Shown here: positions 22,583-34,839 of the stretch, one piece after another
How positions within the stretch are numbered: position 1 is the stretch's first letter
How the letters are laid out: each line of letters opens with the position of its first letter
Notes under the pieces: model-generated
The model's input: the letters and a program-made list of their open reading frames with translations, nothing else
Databases searched by the model: none
Told to the model about the DNA's origin: nothing
Assembly (NCBI RefSeq): GCF_001194135.2
Contig: NC_068981.1
Span: forward strand, 139,856,881 to 139,893,365
DNA length: 36,485 bases
From: Octopus bimaculoides
Taxonomy: Eukaryota
Direction: 5' to 3'
Program-made: the position numbers and the translations under genes

Positions 22583-23682
22583 GCGTAGTGATAATGATGG
22601 TAGTGGTGGTATTCATACTGCATCTATAGTATTTAACTAAGCAGTTAACAAGTACGACCAACCAACCAACCAGCCAAAAAGGATGCATCTTTGTGGTTAC
22701 TTGACTTACTAGAAATATTAGCCAGATTTGCCTCAAATAGCAAAAAACAGGAAATACTGCATAATATAATCTGAATGTTCTAAGTCTGAATATGAGAGTG
22801 ATTACGGCTGGAATGTTTTTGGTTACAATTTTCTTTGCTCAATTAGCAATAACCTGGGGTTAAGCAAAAACAACATTAACAAGAACAATAACAACAACAG
22901 CAACAACAACGACGACGATGACGACGATAGTAAACCCACTGACCAAACAACAAATAAAGTAATAAACCAATCAAAACTAACCGACCTTCCTTATAACCAA
23001 CCAATCGTCAACCCTCCGCCATTACATTACATTCACACAGTTTAGTAAAAGAACACTCACTAGACATTGGGTTTTACTGAGCGTGAAACAACCTTTCATC
23101 AGCAGTCTATTTATATGGGAACAATACAATGATGTAAATTAAATAGAATTCTTTGGAATGATAAACTGACAAGAGGACCGGGGATAGAGTAGAGGCGAGG
23201 ACGGAAAAGTGTCGCTTGGCAATAGATAATGATGCAGAGGGTGATGGTGGTGGTATTGGTGGTATGAACGACGAACAGAAGACGAAAAGAATGAACAAGA
23301 GAGTATGTAGGAGTGCGAGGGAGTTTCGGTAGTAGTAGGAGTGGGAAAGAGAGTGAGGGAGTGGGAGTTGTTTGGAGTGTGTTGGAGATAGAAAGGAGCG
23401 GGAAAAAGGAAGAAAGGAGTATATTAAGGATGGTGGCGTAGCGGAAAGATAGATAGGTTGGTGAATTGACAGGATAATTAGAGAAGAAAGATAATAAAGT
23501 AAACGTAGATAAAAATAATACACACGCACGCGCGCGCAAACAGATACACATACATACATTACATACACACACGCATATATATATATATACATATATATAT
23601 ATGCGTGTGTGTATGTAATCTATGTATGTTAATGTATATTACCGGCATAATGCCTCTCCCAAGGTTTAATTGTATATATATA

Positions 23683-24043
23683 NNNNNNNNNNNNNNNNNN
23701 NNNNNNNNNNNNNNNNNNNNNNNNNNNNNNNNNNNNNNNNNNNNNNNNNNNNNNNNNNNNNNNNNNNNNNNNNNNNNNNNNNNNNNNNNNNNNNNNNNNN
23801 NNNNNNNNNNNNNNNNNNNNNNNNNNNNNNNNNNNNNNNNNNNNNNNNNNNNNNNNNNNNNNNNNNNNNNNNNNNNNNNNNNNNNNNNNNNNNNNNNNNN
23901 NNNNNNNNNNNNNNNNNNNNNNNNNNNNNNNNNNNNNNNNNNNNNNNNNNNNNNNNNNNNNNNNNNNNNNNNNNNNNNNNNNNNNNNNNNNNNNNNNNNN
24001 NNNNNNNNNNNNNNNNNNNNNNNNNNNNNNNNNNNNNNNNNNN
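23683..24043. other. Assembly gap
   Basis: Run of N. Confidence 1.
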
Positions 24044-24069
24044 TGTGTGTGTGTGTGTGTGTGTGTGTG

Positions 24070-24267
24070 TCTGTATTTGTGTTCGTGTTAGTCACCCCAC
24101 CATGGTGTGTTTACGTCCCCGTATACTAGCGGTTCAGCAAAAGAGATCCGATAGAATAATTACTAGGCTAACAAAGAATAAGTACTGGAGCTGATTGCTG
24201 AACTAAAGGCGGTGCTCCAGCATGGCTGCAGTCAAATGACTAAAACAAGTAAAAGAATAAAAGAATA
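24070..24267 (+). mobile_element. 3' half of SINE family B (5' half probably in the gap)
   Basis: ggtgtgtttacgtccccgta...gatagaataa...aaaggcggtgctccagcatggctgcagtcaaatgactaaaacaagtaaaagaataaaag. Confidence 0.85.
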
Positions 24268-25001
24268 CATATATGTGTGTGTGAGCATGTGTGTGTTCGA
24301 TTGGCTGTGCGGTGCGCTAAATGCCTTAACAACTCGGTCATTTTTAAGCGAGTTCGATCGTAATTGAGACAATGTATATTAACTCGCTCTTGGTACTTCT
24401 AGGTCTCCTCCGGTCAGTTGCCTCAACTTGAAAGGTCTGCGCTGTTATTCTTATTCTGCGCTATTTAACCAAACGATCGTAGTCCCGGAACTGTGACACC
24501 TCAATGCGAAGTAGCAGTCCGACCGAAATAGTTTAGTCGGAAGTAATCGAGTTGTCAATCAGAATGAAGAATATTTACTTTCTGTTTTTGATGACAGTAT
24601 TTTGAGGCACGTTACGCCGACATCTTTGCCAGCCTCGTTTTGTTGCATGCTTATACTATTAGTTTTAATATCTGCGTGTGCTTAAAATGAACGATATTGT
24701 ACATGAAGTGAATGATATAACAATGTCTGTTATATTTCTGTCATGAAGTTCGATTTTTAACACTCGTCTATTTCATACGGCATACCATTTTCGAATTTGT
24801 TAATATCTGTTTTTGTTTGTTGTATCAGTTTTATACGCATTGAGCACATTAATGCTATAATTTTATGATTTCGGCAAGTAAATCTGTTTCCTTCGATATA
24901 AATGCGTTTGTGTATGTAAGCATGTATGTATATGCACAATGCAGTATACATTTAATTAATATTATGTATATTGCTATTGTGCTTGTTGTTGTTGCTGCTA
25001 T

Positions 25002-25004
25002 TAC

Positions 25005-25080
<76 letters not shown>

Positions 25081-25081
25081 T
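25002..25081. repeat. (ATT)n microsatellite
   Basis: Directly visible. Confidence 0.98.
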
Positions 25082-25923
25082 GCAAATGTATTTACTTTTT
25101 TATTCTTTAACTTTTTAGAGTACTTTTAATTTTATTGCATGCGTTCACAGCGCAGTTGTGTGCGCCTTGGGCACCAGAGCAGCGTTTTGTTTTGGTTTTC
25201 TGTGTTCTATTGTATTGAAATACATGCAGGAAATAAGTCACCGGAAATGGCGCTACCTTCACGATCGCACATCCAAATAATACATGTTAATATTTTTTTT
25301 AATACAAAAAAATGTACTTTTGTCATTACCTTTGTATTTAATGCATCTGCAGGCATTCACATGGTAGTCTTTGTAGGATTTAATTTACATTTCAGTAATT
25401 TGTTCTTTCTTAAAGTTATTTGTTAGAATAAACAGATTTGGAATTGAAATTGGAAGAAGTCTATACATTAAGTAGGCAGTGTTTGTTAGTACTATCTTCT
25501 GTATGTTGTACAAATTTATTAGTCCTGGTGTTTTTCTTATGTATTTGCCTGCATGTTTTGTTATCACGCCATGGTACTTCTAAACTTTTTCTATTTCTGC
25601 TTATCTTTACTTCAAAATTTTAGGTTTTAACGACTCCATTCTTCTTGAGAGATATGTACACTATAAATGTTTTGAGGTAATGCTTTCTTTCTGACCGATT
25701 AGACGGGATCTCTCTCAGAATATTGAATTGCATATAGTATATTGTATCATTTTCTAGCATATTTTTCTGATGTAACGTAACTACTGTCACTTCTCGGTTG
25801 GACATTCGTAATATTAGCATAAATTCCAGGGCATAAAATCTGAAATCTGGCATGCATGTAGATGTCTTTTACCTTTGCTACAACTGGACAACTAGAGATA
25901 TTGTAGTGAATTGTTTCTTTCAG

Positions 25924-26119
25924 GTCCCCACATATTATTCGGTTGCTTAATATATTATGCATCAATACAAGCTTTATTGTGGTTTCTGGTCGATTTTATC
26001 CCACAATTAAGAGTCCTTCAGTTTCAAATTCGACTCCTGTGCTTGTTTACCCAGAGTTGCGATTTTTCTTTGTCCGTTTACATTCCGTTTGGTTGTATCA
26101 AATATTGAATAATTTCCAT
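25924..26119 (+). CDS. Isolated candidate 196-nt exon (plus strand), unidentified
   Basis: Acceptor ttgtttctttcag|g and donor cat|gtaagg; phase-2 frame open throughout: SPHIIRLLNILCINTSFIVVSGRFYPTIKSPSVSNSTPVLVYPELRFFFVRLHSVWLYQILNNFH. No partner exons established. Confidence 0.25.
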
Positions 26120-27058
26120 GTAAGGCTCTTTCTTTGACACCACTTTAACATAGCATTCTCTAGTCCCATTTTAAAGTTAAATTTTATATCTTTTTCGCAA
26201 TTGCGGTGGTTGTTTATCCTATCTTTTCTCATCTACGATCTTGTCCATACATCTGTAGATATCTCTGCAGACCTGTGCAAAATATTTTCAATAATATTGG
26301 CACTTGCCCATCCATGCAAGTTTTCCCTCTACAGTGTAGAGTCTACAAAATATCGATACATAACCGCAGGAAAGATTTTGATCGATAGAACTTAGCATCA
26401 GTCTCATCTCAGACATTGATGATGAAATGCAAAAAGTCAGAGCAAATGCTTCAAGTCATATAAGGAAGCCCTCGAAATAGTCCTGTCGGTCTACCATTTT
26501 GGATTGGTAACATCTTTATCGAACACAAAGGAATAGTAGGCGAAGTTGACTTCGGCAGGAAGTCGAAACAAATCTCGCGAGGTACTCCCACTGCAAAGAT
26601 TTAACGACTCAGCTAATCACCGTACTCTTAAACTTAGATTCGCTTTCATTTTTGTTATCTTCGATCCTTGAAGACGGGAAAAAAAAATGTTCTTATTTTC
26701 TTATTTTTTTCTTCGTGTTTTATTAGGTTTTCCTTATTCATTAGTAGATATTCTTCTACTGCTACAAAAATATTTGTTGGAAGATTTTGCATGATACTCT
26801 GTGAATATTTTATAGTATTCTTCTAAATGACCTACCTCTCCGTGTTCGGGGAATAAACAGTCATTTCCATGTCAATATCTGAATGTTGTCTAAATGTAAT
26901 CCTTATTTTTTGTACTCTAGTGTGTAGTTTTGCTGAGTTCAACTGAGACTATAACTTGTTAATGAAACAATTTGGAAAAAAATTGATATATTTTCCTAAT
27001 TCATCAATCTAATATCTCTCTATAATATTCGTATATAACTGTTTCTTTCGTATATGCG

Positions 27059-27271
<213 letters not shown>

Positions 27272-27307
27272 TAAAATTATTAATTCTGCTTGCAGGCAGA
27301 ATCTTTA

Positions 27308-27412
27308 CTACGCTGGGCATAATGTTTAGAGACATTGCTTCTGGCTCTTTATGATTTGAGTTCAAATTCCGCTGAGGTCGACAGTTCTCTTTATCCTTAC
27401 GTGATAAAAAAA
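27308..27412 (+). mobile_element. SINE family A fragment
   Basis: gctgggcataatgtttagag...tgagttcaaattccgctgaggtcgac...ctttatcctt. Confidence 0.7.
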
Positions 27413-27501
27413 AAAAACAAGCAGCACTTGAGAACTGATTTGAATATAATCGATAAATACCAACCACAAATTTCATGCTTTGTACCTGTTGTACCATTAT
27501 T

Positions 27502-27702
27502 GAGCTGGCAAAATCGGTATAGTGTCGGACCAAATGCTTAGCGGCATTTCGTCCGCCTTTGTCTTCTGAGTTCAAATTCAGCTGAAGTCATCTTTGCGTT
27601 TCATTTTGGATTCGATGAAATAAATACTGGTCGACCAGAGGAGGGGGGATATTATTGGTTATACTCCATAAAAATTTCAGGTCTTGTGACACTAGTAGAA
27701 AG
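27502..27702 (+). mobile_element. SINE family A, near full length
   Basis: gagctggcaaaatcg...aaatgcttagcggcatttcgtcc...tgagttcaaattc...aaaatttcaggtcttgtg...agtagaaag. Confidence 0.85.
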
Positions 27703-27789
27703 TATCATCATCATCATCATCATCATCATTTTCTTCTTCTTCTTCTTCTTCTTCTTCTTCTTCTTCTTCTTCTTCTTCTTCTTCTTCTT

Positions 27790-27860
<71 letters not shown>
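27703..27860. repeat. Compound microsatellite (CAT)n(CTT)n(ATT)n between a SINE tail and a LINE tail
   Basis: About 8 CAT, 29 CTT and 14 ATT units, directly visible. Confidence 0.97.
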
Positions 27861-29850
27861 CCGAAAGACTCTCGGATAGTTCTTAATTACAGTTATTCTT
27901 TACCCGAAAGCAGGCAATAAGAGATCACCAAGGTTTCAAGTAATGCCTTCTCCTATAACTCAAAGAGCCAATACTCACCTTAAAATGCGAGCTGTACCCA
28001 ACAATGTGGCATTCTGGATCACCCCGAGCATGATTGTAGCTCTAATATTCTTAATATGTTTTTCAAAGCCCTTGGCAACTGCTCCCAATAATCCAATTAC
28101 CACCAGTATCATCATTACTTTCCTCATGCACCATAACTTTCCTATCTCGTCCCGCAGTGGCTGGTATTTCTCAATCTCTTCTGTTTCCTTATATTTCACC
28201 CTCAAATCGCCGGGTATTGCAAAATCTAATATCATTACTTCTTTTTCATCTTTATAGATAAGATCGATATCTGGTCGTCTCACCTCTATGACTTGGTTGC
28301 ACTGCATGCTAGAATCCCAGAAAATTTTGTAAATGTTCGTTCTCAATTACTCTCTCTGGCTTGTGAAAATACCATTGTTCGGCTCTCTCGAGGTTCTCTT
28401 TACCGCCAGTGGACACATTTGACCACATTCTCGTGTCTCCGTTTGTATTCGCGTTGTTTGCGCTTACAGCACTCACTAACAAGATATCTTATACTTCCTC
28501 CCTTCTCGGAGCACATCCTACACAGTCGTCAGTCAGTGCTTTTATCAATGTGATATTTGGAGTAGCTTGTTCTGAGAGCTTGTTCTTGAACGCTGCATAC
28601 TAATGCCTTAGTGGGCCATTTTAAGTCTCCTTTCTGCAGCCATTGTCAGATTCTATTCCAATCAATCTCATCTTTATTCTTCAAGAACTGGATGTGCATT
28701 TTCTTGTCCTGCCAACATTTTTCCATCTGCTCTCTCTGGTCTTTCTTAAATTGTGTTCGATGTACGGCTTCGTTCATTTTTAAGGTTCCCTGCATTTTCA
28801 CTGCTTCAATCATATCTTCTTTACTCAATGTGACATACCAAGCCAGGTTATTCACTTACACAAACTTTACAATATACAAATCCCCGTCCTCCTTCTTTTC
28901 TCTTTACATACAACCTTGACACATCACACATAGGCTGTAGTTCCTTGTTCCTTGTCATTAATTTACGTGTTCTCCGGTCTATCTCTTGTATTTTATGCTT
29001 CTTCTAAGATACTATTCCTGTCTCATATCTCATCAAAGCAACCGCCCTCGTATTAATTACTCTAATCTTATAGCGGCCATTTAGCTTCGATTGGAGCACA
29101 GGCCGAGTACTCCTCAAATGCTCTTTCCTGTACATTTCTTCCATCATCTGTTCATTCAACTTATCTCTTTCAATGATACCCAGATCCTCATATCCTTCCT
29201 CTCCGACTTCTTTTATAGTTTCACCTCTTTCCAGCTTGATCCCATGGCTTTTACTGATTTTCCCTCTCTTGAGAATCATTACACCACATTTCTCGATCCC
29301 AAATTCCATGCCAATATCTTTGCTAATCATCTGCACAGTTTCTTTCTCAGTTTTAGCGAATAGCTTTAGGTCATCCTTAAACCACAAGTTGTTTACTTTC
29401 ACTCTGCCTAGCATGTGCCCCACACTCATCTTTCTTAAAACGCAGACAACAAATCGAAGATGCGACAAACTGTGCCCTTGAAAAATTCCACTTTTGACAT
29501 TTACCTCTCCCACCTTATCTCCCCATGCTGTGAGTTCAGTTCACTACGTTATTTTTGAGTTTTGTATTTACTTCAGAATATTGTGGGTGACCTTAAGCAG
29601 TGTGCAACCATGTCATATGCTTTCCTGTATCCACCGATGCCATCGCCAAATTTTTGTGTCTCTTCTTGCAATCACCCAGAATAGATTTGTCGATCCTTCG
29701 TTCGTCAACACCCATTTTGTTCCACTTGTATTAGGTCATTCTCATCTAGGTACTTATAGATGCTGTTTGATATGATGGCCTTCATCAGTTTCCACATCAG
29801 TGGCAAACAAAATATTGGTCGGAAATATGCAACCGTATTCTCTATTCCAT
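27861..29850 (-). mobile_element. 5'-truncated, mutated R4/Dong-type non-LTR retrotransposon (RT, CCHC region, restriction-like endonuclease)
   Basis: RT: FRPIFCLPLMWKL...EQNGC; GIFQGHSLS; LWFKDDLKLFAK; IGMEFGIEKC. C-terminal REL endonuclease: KIFWD...RRPDIDLI...ILDFAIPGD...KYQPL...VIGLLG...LLGTARILR. The 3' end runs into (TAA)n. Multiple frameshifts. Confidence 0.9.
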
Positions 29851-30472
29851 AGTAATCAAAGATGCTGCGCATGCGCACAAGTAGTGTAACCACCACGTAT
29901 TCTATAATTGTTTGTAGTCATAATGGTAGGAATTCGATAGTGTATTGCAAACTTTCCTTCTCGAATTTTTTAAAACAAATAAATGTCTTTTAAGCAATGT
30001 TTTGACTTATTTCTAGCAACTCCTGATGGTTTTCTCGAAGCTTTTAAATATTTAATTTGCTCGCGAATGTGTTAATGTTTTCTGATAGTCTGAGAATTCT
30101 GAAAAATTATCAAACTTTAAACACCTGAAACATTTTCGCAATTTTTTTCTGGAATAAATGAATAACAAATCCGGATTTAGCGTCAAAAATTACATCTATA
30201 TGATACATTAAACAAATTTTTCTTTTTAAGATTTCGACATGCGGTAATGATAACCACAAAGATCCGCATCCACTTCACCCTCAGATTTTTTTTTATAAAA
30301 CTAAACTGGGTAATATTGTTCTGCTTACGCAGTCTTTGTAAAAAAGAAACCGTCATGATGGGCTGGGCATGCTTCGAATACCTTTACTCATCGGTCTATT
30401 CGATCGAGCGCTGATAAAAATAACAAGAACAAGAACATGAACAGCAATACCACCACGACTACCACCACCACC

Positions 30473-30504
<32 letters not shown>

Positions 30505-30889
30505 CAACAACAACATCGACTACGATTACGTGTCCAAGAAGTATTTAGCATATCACTATCTAAAGCAAAATCACCCACCAGGACAGTCAACAAAGATAAC
30601 ATCATCATTTACTGATGCACTGGTCCGTCCGTCCGCCCGTCCGTCCGTCCGTCCGCCCGTCCGTCCGTCCGTCCCTCCCTCCCTCCATACTAACATCATT
30701 ACCACGCGAAAAGAATTGCACCAACACTGACTCAAAACGTCACTGCCTGTGTAGTCCATAACATCTTTTTATTCAGTCCAAACGACCGCTACAAGGTCAA
30801 AAAGATCATCAAACTGTTTTTCTTGTCAATTTTAACTTCTTTTGTTAACATATTTACACAAACATTCATATATATAGGAAAAGTGATAC

Positions 30890-31069
30890 TTAGTCAAATT
30901 TCGATATAGAGCACACACACGCATACACACATGCTCTCTTTATCTACCTGCCTGTGTGTCTGTCTGTGTGTCTGTCTGTGTGTCTGTCTGTGTGTCTGTC
31001 TGTGTGTCTGTCTGTGTATCTGTCTGTCTGTGTGTCTGTCTGTTTGTGTGTCTGTCTGTCTGTCTGTCT

Positions 31070-31115
<46 letters not shown>

Positions 31116-31681
31116 ACACACACACGCACAAAAATGGGCGTATATATATATGTGTGTGTGTGTGTGTGTATGTGTGTGTATGTGTGTGTGTGTGTGTATG
31201 TGTGTATTACAAATATATATAATATCAAAATATGTACGTATGTATGTATCTATATGTCTATGCATATATGTATGTATGTATGTGTGTATGTATGTATCTG
31301 TGTATGTACATATATAAGTGTGTGTGTATATATATATAATACATATATATTATACTGTAAGTAAATGTGTATACTCATATGTAAGTACATGAGTGGACAT
31401 ACAAGCGGACAGGGGCACAAGCGCACTCTATGCACAAATAGACGAATATAGAGAAATACACACGTATTAATCTTTGTTAGCTTATCACTCAAACTGGGGA
31501 GCGTGACGAGAAATCCATCATTATTACGTTGTGAGTGCTGTTCCCACCTCGCATCCAATTTCATGGTCTGCCACATTTTTTTGTTACCTAAAACAAATTC
31601 GTCATCAGAGCAGTCCACTCTGTACATAATAGGTGAATACGTACATACATACATACATACATACATACATACATACATACA

Positions 31682-31717
<36 letters not shown>

Positions 31718-31745
31718 TATATACGAACGTGTGTGTATGTATTAG
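30890..31745. repeat. Microsatellite block: (TGTC/TGTGTCTGTC)n, (TC)n, (TG)n, (TACA)n
   Basis: Directly visible; about 300 bp of unique sequence (about 31380-31640) interrupts the block. Confidence 0.9.
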
Positions 31746-32387
31746 TAATGATCTTTCTGTCATAATTAACTGGCAATTGTTGAAAACTACTGAGCAATAA
31801 TTTGTTTTCACACTTTCGTAAATAAGTGCTTGTTGTTAATTTTCCGATCTCCAGTCGTTGTTGACTCTGTCGCAGTTCATGTTATCCTTATTAAAGAAAT
31901 AATAACTGAATTTATAGATACAAATGATCAGGGCAAATCTTTTCCCAGGTCAGCAACTTTTACTAGTGTTCTATTATTTTTCTTTTAATGTTTGAGTCAG
32001 AAGAAAAGGGTTTTGCTCATGACCTTTACAACCCCACTCCCACCAGTAAGACTGGTGAGACCGATACAGTTAATGTTTTACGAATATATTGTTAGCATGG
32101 CTCATTGTTTTCATGTGTGGATAATCCATCCATGTTCACTATCAGCGAACAAATATACAATAATAAATCGGTGTGAGACCACCAATTGCTATTTGTCTGT
32201 GCCACCGAATTGCAGTATATAAAAGCAAGTCAGGAAATAAAACGACTTGAACAATAACCAATGACTGAGATTCAGTGGCATCAGCGTGACTAGCATATCA
32301 GAAATCCTTTCTTTTACTGAACACATTTGCTGTCATAGAAGCGACCCAGGTTAAGTTGACAATTATATCTTTCATTATAGAGTAGAG

Positions 32388-32883
32388 CAGTGGTTCCGAA
32401 ACTTATTAGAGACGCGACCCACTATTTATGACATCAGTTTATGGCGACCCACTTAACTCTACTGGGTAAAAAACATTAATGAAAGAAACAATTTTTTATA
32501 ACTGTTTCAACGGCTCCATACCTTATGGCAGGTATTAAATCTAATACAAAACCTCGAAAGGGTAACTGTTATCGGTTCGATCAGTGTTGTACTGAGCCTA
32601 GTTAAAGTTCTCTATAAATAGGTAAAAACAGACTTTTCCTTTTTACGATTACGTACGAATAAATAACTTGAGAAAATGACCACCTCTGATTTGTTAAGTT
32701 CGGGAAAAAAAAGCCTACTGCTTGATAAAACACCCAGTCTGGTATTGAAAACATGAGTCTTGAACTATCTCGATAGACAGCAGTTAATCAAAGCTAATGC
32801 GTAATTTTATAACTTTTTGCGACCCACTAGGATTCCGTTCGCGACCCATCATTGGGTCGCGACACATAGTTTGGGAAGCACTG
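32388..32883. mobile_element. Complete non-autonomous hAT element (MITE, 496 bp, Charlie-like termini)
   Basis: TIRs cagtggttccgaaact and agtttgggaagcactg (reverse complement cagtgcttcccaaact); exact 8-bp TSD GAGTAGAG at 32380-32387 and 32884-32891; repeated subterminal gcgaccca motifs. Confidence 0.93.
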
Positions 32884-33044
32884 GAGTAGAGCATTAGTTG
32901 AAAGGCGCTCAGCCATTACAAAAAATGAAACTTAAATTTTGGAGAAAATATAGAAAAATTCATAATTGATATAATTGAAATAAAAGGTATTTGTTGACCC
33001 ATAGAACTACAAAATATTGCAAACATGAGTGAATCGATGAAATA

Positions 33045-33182
33045 TCCTTTCTACTATAGGTATTTATTTCATCGACCCCGAAAGGATGAAAATTAAAATC
33101 GATTGCGGTGGAATTTGAACTCAGTTCATAAAAAAGGACGAAAAGCAGCTAAGCATTTTGTCCGGCGTACTAACGATTCTTA
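33045..33182 (-). mobile_element. SINE family A, internally deleted copy
   Basis: atttcatcgaccccgaaaggatgaaa...ggaatttgaactcag...ctaagcattttgtccggcgtactaacgattct. Confidence 0.8.
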
Positions 33183-33914
33183 TATTATTCACTCTTATAG
33201 AAATTAAGTTTTATTTGCACGCTTACTTGCAACATATGTCACGAGAATATTATATTCAGTACATAGTGTACATGCAGGATTGCATTTAATAAGGATTTGA
33301 ATGCTTGTATATAACTCCAAAGTATAAGAAGATTTTTCTAATTGAGTTTTAGTATTGTACGACAGCGTTTATTATTCACGTATTATTACCATTCAATTTT
33401 GACGTTACAGAGATTCTATGTATGTAAGAAATGCCATATACTTAAGCCATTAGTTTGGAAACTTAAGTGGTTATATTTCATTTATCTATGATATAAATAT
33501 ACATACACACACGCACACATACATGCACATATACACAAAGGCTGTATGGATATATGTATGTATAATGTGTGCATGTATCTCTGTCTGTCTCTGTGCAAGT
33601 GTGTGCGTGTGTGTGTGTATGTTGTGTGTATGAGTATGTGTATGTGTGTGTGTCTGAGTAAGGTTGCCGATTGGCAGAGTCGGTAGGTAGTTGGATAGAA
33701 TGCGTTACAAGCTTCCTACGTATTCCTCCCTTTCCTTCCTACACCATTTGCAAGATGATTCAGATCTTACACTGGTTAACTTTCCACTCTTCTGGCGAAG
33801 ATAAAAAAAAATTAAAGCTTGTCACATAGAGGATGCTCCGCATATGTAGACCGCGTGTCTGCTCAAAACTATTTGAACCTCTCAAACATTTAGCGACAAC
33901 TAATATATGTATAC

Positions 33915-34137
33915 GTTACGCGGGAAGAAATGCTTAGCACCATTTCGCCCGTTACGCGGGAAGAAATAATTAGCACCATTTCGTCCGTCCTTACATTCTG
34001 AGTTCAAATTCTGCCGAGGTCGACTTTGCCTTTCATCCTTTCAAGGTCGGAGAAATAGGTACCAGTTACACACTGAGGTCGATGTAATCGACTTAGTCCC
34101 TCCCCCGAAATTCCCCTGTGCAAGATTTGAAATTATT
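33915..34137 (+). mobile_element. SINE family A copy with a 36-bp tandem duplication at its 5' end
   Basis: gttacgcgggaagaaatgcttagcaccatttcgccc is repeated; then tgagttcaaattctgccgaggtcgactttgcctttcatcctttc...gtcgatgtaatcgactt. Confidence 0.85.
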
Positions 34138-34232
34138 TTATACAACGATGAATAAAGCGTGTCCGCCACAGGAATTTCAAGGATCCCCTTAAATATTGAA
34201 AATCCCATATAATTATATATAAGTACATATAC

Positions 34233-34581
34233 GTGGCACTCCGTCGGTGACGACGACGAAGGTTCCAGTTGATCCGATCAACGGAACAGCTTGCACGTGA
34301 AATTAACGTGCAAGTGACTGAGCACTCCAAAGACACGAGTAACCTTAACGTAGTTCTCGGGGACAATCAGTGTGACACAGAGTGTGAAAAGGCTGGCCCT
34401 TTAAAATACAGGTACAACAGAAACAGACAGAGAAAGTTGCGGTGAAAGAGTACAGCAGGGTGCGTCACCATCACTTACTGGAGCCTCGTGGTGCTTTAGG
34501 CATTTTCGCTCAATAAGCACGAGCAATAAACACGAAGCCGCGTGTCCGCTGCACTACCCAACTATGTTATTGCACCTCCAC
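34233..34581 (-). mobile_element. SINE family D copy with a degraded head
   Basis: Colinear with 5190-5570 (ggcactccgtcg...ggttccagttgatccgatcaacggaacagc...gagtacagcaggg...ggagcctcgtgg). Confidence 0.85.
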
Positions 34582-34596
34582 ATAAGTACATATATG

Positions 34597-34633
<37 letters not shown>

Positions 34634-34643
34634 NNNNNNNNNN

Positions 34644-34687
<44 letters not shown>

Positions 34688-34718
34688 TGTGTGTGTCTGT
34701 GTATATCATTCAATTTAT

Positions 34719-34754
<36 letters not shown>

Positions 34755-34839
34755 TTCTTTTATTTCTTTTATATATTTGAGCCCACAGTCTGTGGTCATG
34801 GGGGAGCACCATCAATGTAATTATCTTTGGCCACTTTTC

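Noticed and set aside
23107-23592. 161-aa and 153-aa minus-strand ORFs
   Set aside because: They begin in (TA)/(TG) microsatellite and stay open because the pyrimidine-rich strand lacks stop codons; low-complexity S/L/P composition.
30000-30330. Possible DNA-transposon or MITE remnant
   Set aside because: MITE-like internal motifs, but no TIRs or TSD could be located.
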